Below, piece after piece: positions 36,300 through 40,641 of a stretch of 40,641 nucleotides of DNA. Source of the DNA: Octopus bimaculoides (lineage: Eukaryota); contig NC_068988.1 of assembly GCF_001194135.2 (NCBI RefSeq), positions 57,965,246 through 58,005,886 on the forward strand, read 5' to 3'. The notes beneath the pieces were generated by a model. That model was not told where the DNA came from, ran no database searches, and saw nothing but the letters and a program-made list of their open reading frames with translations. Numbering within the stretch: position 1 is the stretch's first letter; every line of letters begins with the position of its first letter. The position numbers and the translations under genes were made by a program.

Positions 36300-36555
36300 A
36301 GTATTATTTTGTCTGGCCTGCTAATGATTCTGCCAGCTCGCATAATAATGGCTTCAAATTTTAGCACAAGGACAGTAAGTTTCGGGGGTGGGGTTAAGTT
36401 GATTACATCGACCCCAGTGCTCAACTGGTATTTATTTTATTGACTCCCAAAAGGTAACGTCGACTTTGGTGGAATTTGAACTCACAACGTAATGACGGAT
36501 GAAATGCTGCTAAGCAATTGACCCAGTGTGCTAACAATTCTGCCAGCTTGCCACT

Positions 36556-36630
<75 letters not shown>

Positions 36631-36947
36631 TTCTATATGTACAAGGTCTGAAGTTTTTGGGGAAGTGGATTGTCAGTTACATTGACTCTGGGCTCAATTG
36701 GTACTTATTTTGTTGACCCCCAAATAGATGAGTGGCTAAGTCAACCTTGGTGGAATTTGAACTCAGAACGTGAGGGCAGATGAAATGCCACTGAGCATAC
36801 AGTGCGTAACTGGTACTTATTTAATCGACCCCGAAAGGATGAAAGGTAAAGTCGACCCTGGCGGAATTTGAACTCAGAATGTAGCGGCAGACGAAATACC
36901 GCTAAGCATTTCGCCTGGCGTTCTAACGTTTCTGCCAGTTCGCCACC
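36300..36947 (-). mobile_element. Tandem Nin/Deu-type tRNA-SINE copies separated by (AAT)n(ATT)n
   Basis: Three GTCGAC/GTCAAC..GGAATTTGAACTC cores plus a head fragment. Confidence 0.85.
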
Positions 36948-37109
36948 ACTAAGCTAACGTTTCTGCCAGTTTACTGCTTTAGTTGTGGTTGTAATAATGC
37001 ACTGAAATCATAGTTGTGATGGTGCAAATCATTGGTTCCAAAGCTAAATTTTAGCTCAATGCTGGACATATTAAAACAATTAAGAAGCACAGTTCTATAT
37101 TTAAGAGAT

Positions 37110-37265
37110 GAGGAATTATTTACATTATTTACATTATTTACATTTGACGGATATTTGTCCTCATCTTGTTTGTTGTTAACACAACGTTTCGGCTGATATA
37201 CCCTCCAGCCTTCGTCAGGTGTCTTGGGGAAATTTCGAACCTGGGTTCTCATTCCTAATGAGTGC
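37110..37265 (-). mobile_element. Family A element, 5'-truncated, inverted relative to 37435-37694
   Basis: Near-exact reverse complement of 37555-37694. Confidence 0.9.
37178..37223 (-). ncRNA. Putative minimal hammerhead, family A (N7=C)
   Basis: GACAC-CUGACGA-A-GGCUG[GAGGGUAUAU]CAGCC-GAA-ACGU-U-GUGUU. Confidence 0.72.
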
Positions 37266-37434
37266 NNNNNNNNNNATATACCCTCCAGCCTTCGTCAGGT
37301 GTCTTGGGGAAATTTCGAACCTGGGTTCTCATTCCTAATGAGTGCAGATATGAATAGCATATGGGAACCGGTATTGAGGAAGGATAGAAAAATAATAGAT
37401 TTATAAGCCTTAAAATTCACCCCATAATTGCCCA

Positions 37435-37694
37435 CGGGCATATGGTGTAGTGGTTAAGAGCGCGGGCTACTAACCCCAAGGTTCCGAGTTTGATTCATGG
37501 CAGCGACCTGATTAATAATAGTAATAATAATAATATAATAATAATAATAACATCATTAGGAATGAGAACCCAGGTTCGAAATTTCCCCAAGACACCTGAC
37601 GAAGGCTGGAGGGTATATCAGCCGAAACGTTGTGTTAACAACAAACAAGATGAGGACAAATATCCATCAAATGTAAATAATGTAAATAATGTAA
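37435..37694 (+). mobile_element. Apparently full-length family A element: tRNA-like head + (AAT)n + hammerhead + (AATGTAAAT)n tail
   Basis: A-box 37443-37453, B-box-like GAGTTTGATTC 37486-37496, linker, hammerhead 37591-37636, tail to 37694. Confidence 0.85.
37591..37636 (+). ncRNA. Putative minimal type-I hammerhead, family A, in host-gene sense orientation
   Basis: Stem I 37591-95/37632-36, CTGACGA 37596-602, extra A, stem II 37604-08/37619-23, GAA, palindrome ACGT 37627-30, U17 at 37631. Confidence 0.72.
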
Positions 37695-37994
37695 TTAAGA
37701 AGCAGTTGTAATGACTAATCTCATTAGTGGCTGTCATCGAATGGTTCAACTGTGGCTGAAATGAAACACCTTATGATTCAAATGATACAAATATGTGTTG
37801 ATTGTAATGAGACAATGTACGTAGTTGAAATGAGATCACTGTGTTGGCCGTAAAGACATAATTCAAAGTAGATTGTAATGAAATAACTCACTGGTAGCTG
37901 TAGCATGTGGATGTGTCTTGGTTATAACGACACAGTTGTAATTATATGAGTACAGCTTTTATGTCTGCTAGGTCGTTGCCCATTGCTGCACTGC

Positions 37995-38320
37995 TGGTAA
38001 AAATATTTGTTAGTGCTGGTGAGATGTAAAAGGCACCCTTGATGGCGACACATAAAAGGCATCTGTGATTGTGATACGTTAAAGGCACTCGTGACAGGTA
38101 TATGGCACCCCTGATGGTTACATGTAAAAGGCACCCATAATGGTGACATGTAAAATGTACTCATGACTGTGACTTATAAAAGCACACGTGACAGTGTCAG
38201 GTAAAAGGCACCTGTGACGGTAACATTTAAAAGGGGCCCATGATAGTGACATGTAAAAGGCACCCATGACGGTGACACACAAAAGACACCTGTGATGGTG
38301 ACATGTAAAAATCGGCACAA
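37995..38320. repeat. ~26-bp degenerate minisatellite (GTGACAYRTAAAAGGCACCYRTGAYG)
   Basis: About 12 diverged units seen directly. Confidence 0.85.
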
Positions 38321-38338
38321 ACTTTCTGGACAACCCAG

Positions 38339-38745
38339 TATATATATTATCATTTTACATCCATTTTCTATGTGCTTGGACATGCATACGCACCCCTATG
38401 TTTTATATCACTCTTCCTCATATATACTGCTTGCACACACACATATACACGCTTGCACACACACACACACACACCATGTGTATACATATATACAAATATC
38501 ACTCACAAATATCTCATGCATTAGGCAATGAGGACAAAAAGACAAGAACATAAGAGGGAAAAGTTTTAGCAAATATATATACATGCATATGACCACACAC
38601 GCGCACACACACACACACACACACACATACACACACACACAATATATATTATCATTTTACATCTGTTTTCTAGGTACATAGACATGCATACACACACCTG
38701 TGTTATATATCATTCTTTCTCACATGTACTGCACACACATACACA
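38339..38745 (+). repeat. Diverged ~110-bp direct duplication (38339-38450 / 38642-38745)
   Basis: TATATATTATCATTTTACATC..TTTTCTA.GT.C.T.GACATGCATAC.CAC.CCT.TGTT.TATATCA occurs twice. Confidence 0.8.
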
Positions 38746-39021
38746 GACATGCTCACACAGACAGACACACCTACACACACATGCATGCACAAATAGTGAG
38801 GCTGTCTAAAATCCTATTCATATCCGCTTGAGATAACCTATATTCCACACACCAGCTAGACAGACGCATTGAACAATGTAAACATTTGAGTTGCTAACGG
38901 CCGAAATGCCTTTTTTTTTTAATATTTAGGTGTCTTTTCAGTTAGGTTAGGGCTGATCTGCCCTGGGTTAAACTATGACAACATGAACTACACACATGCA
39001 CACACAAACGAAAATAACATT

Positions 39022-39435
39022 GCACCTTGGACATGTGTCTTCTACTATAACCTCAGGCTGATGAAAGCCTTGTGAGTGGATTTGGTTGATGGAAACTGAA
39101 AGAAGCCTGTCGTATATATGTGTTTGTGTGTGTGTGTTTGTCCCCCCCCCCCATTTCTTGACAACCGATGTTGGTGCGTTTATGTCCCTGTAATTTAGTA
39201 GTTCGGCAAAAGAAGCCGATTGAATAAGTACTAGGCTTCCAAAGAATAAGTTCTGGGGTTGATTTATTTGACTAAAGGCAGTTCTCCAGCATGACCGCAG
39301 TCAAATGACAAACAAGTAAAAGAATAAAAGAATATATATATGGCGAACTTCTTTCAGTTTCTGTCTAGCAAATCCAGTCACAAGGCTTTGATTAGCCTGA
39401 GGCTATAATAGAAGACACTTGCCCAAGGTGCCACG
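39022..39435. mobile_element. tRNA-SINE (+, 39022-39333) followed by an inverted head fragment (-, 39345-39435)
   Basis: Same family as 12303-12571 and 6195-6480. Confidence 0.85.
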
Positions 39436-39591
39436 AATACCAAAGAAAAAGATGGGATGGTCACAGTTAGATTGCCTTTGATCATAGGTTTGTTCAGTCA
39501 GGGCTAACCTGGGGCAAAACAACAACAACAACAATTTAATTAAATTTGTAATCTTTTTTAACTAATATTTCTTAATTTATTGTTGTGGACA

Positions 39592-39804
39592 ACTGTTAAA
39601 CATGGAGGAGGATCTGTGATGATCTGGGGGTGCTATATCTTTGAAATCCACCGGCCCAATGGTTTCCCTTCATGGCAGAATTAATAGTCAAGACTATTCA
39701 AGCATTTTATCTGATCAAATTCATTTTATAGTTGCAGAACTGTTTCCAGAGGGAAACGTAATCTTCAGGATGATAATGCACCAATTCACACAGCTAAAGT
39801 TATT
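39592..39804 (+). pseudogene. Tc1-like transposase catalytic-domain remnant with two frameshifts
   Basis: TVKHGGGSVMIWG/AISLKSTGPMVSLHGRINSQDYSSILSDQIHFIVAELFPEGNVIF/QDDNAPIHTAKVI matches the Tc1 KHGGGSVMVWG...FQQDNAPxHTA motifs. Confidence 0.9.
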
Positions 39805-39954
39805 TTCATTTTATTTTAATATTTATAATTTTAATTTAATATTTATAATTGTCATTTTTGCTGTACTATGAAATTTTCATACTAAATGGGACAGAAAATG
39901 TTAATTACTGGAATGGTGTTAATTAAAAAAAAAACTTTAATCACAACATAATCA

Positions 39955-40300
39955 TTAACATAGTGTGACAGAGTTTGATGTCAGTGTGTAATGATACTTG
40001 TAGTTATTGTGTAATTGTGAGTATAATGATAGTGAAATGATAGTGTATAATGAGAGTGTAATGATCCAGTCTAATGACTGTGTAACAACAAAAGTATCAA
40101 AGTATAATCTCTGTGTATAATGACAGTGAAATGATAGTGTGTAATAATCTAGTGTGCTGACTCAGTGAAATGACAATGTGTAAAGACTATGTAATGACAG
40201 GTGTATGATAATAGTTTGTAATGACCCAGTATATAGAAGCAATGTAGTGTCTTTTTAATAACAAATTAAATTTAATAACAAATCTAATAACAAAGTGTAA
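39955..40300. repeat. Degenerate ~13-bp GTGTAATGATAGT-like tandem repeat
   Basis: Seen directly. Confidence 0.75.
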
Positions 40301-40305
40301 TGACA

Positions 40306-40641
40306 TCTATATATATAAAAATGAGAATGTGTGTCTGTCTGTCTGTCTGTGTGTGTGTGTGTGTGAATCCCTAAAACTCGAGAACTACGCAACCAATTTC
40401 ATTCAAATTTTACAGATGCCTTACTTAGGGTTTCAGTTGTGTTTTAGTCAAAAAAAAGTTTTAACTTCTTGCAGAGTTCGAGCCCACGGCAACATAATAT
40501 CTCCTCCACTATTTAAGTATTACGTGTCAAAAGTGAAACAAAAACACTCATGTCAAATACTTTCACTTTAAAAATGAAACTATTCCACTAACTGAAACAA
40601 TCACATTTCGATACTGTAATGACAGATACTTTCAGAGAGAG
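40306..40641 (+). mobile_element. Non-autonomous Helitron 5' end, running off the window
   Basis: A|TCTATATATATAAAAATGAGAATGT start followed by (GTCT)n/(GT)n, typical of invertebrate Helitron 5' termini. Confidence 0.7.

Larger units (their letters stand above)
793..37275. other. 14 assembly gaps (largest about 10260-11162, 32090-32712, 27035-27570)
   Basis: N runs, mostly bordered by microsatellites. Confidence 1.

Noticed and set aside
37196-37345. Extra tandem copy of family A (37276-37345)
   Set aside because: Exact duplicate of 37196-37265 across a 10-N gap, most likely unmerged contig overlap.
37435-37505. tRNA gene
   Set aside because: Has A/B boxes and an anticodon-like loop but no pairing acceptor stem; it is a SINE head continuing into repeat body.
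34595-39064. Other CTGATGA heptamers (34595-34601, 39058-39064)
   Set aside because: No flanking stems; the second is a mutated SINE position.

Overview
AT-rich, microsatellite- and SINE-saturated animal genomic DNA with 14 N-gaps. The repeat families look like octopus (inference; the gapped assembly resembles O. bimaculoides). Only two host exons are recognisable, both from a carnosine N-methyltransferase (CARNMT1-like) gene on the + strand (1493-1694, 16384-16553, phase-compatible); everything else reads as intron. The introns hold tRNA-derived SINEs, RTE-type 3' tails, RTE, R4/Dong and Tc1/mariner coding remnants, several MITEs and foldbacks, Helitron/Helentron pieces and satellites. The most interesting signal is three unrelated short repeat families that each fold by eye into a minimal type-I hammerhead ribozyme of the Penelope-associated kind (palindromic stem III, extra base after A9, U at the cleavage position). 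One sits in a tRNA-headed SINE-like element, one has a swapped G3-C8 core pair, and all occur as head-to-head inverted pairs. All folds and alignments were done by eye; none of the long six-frame ORFs is a real gene.
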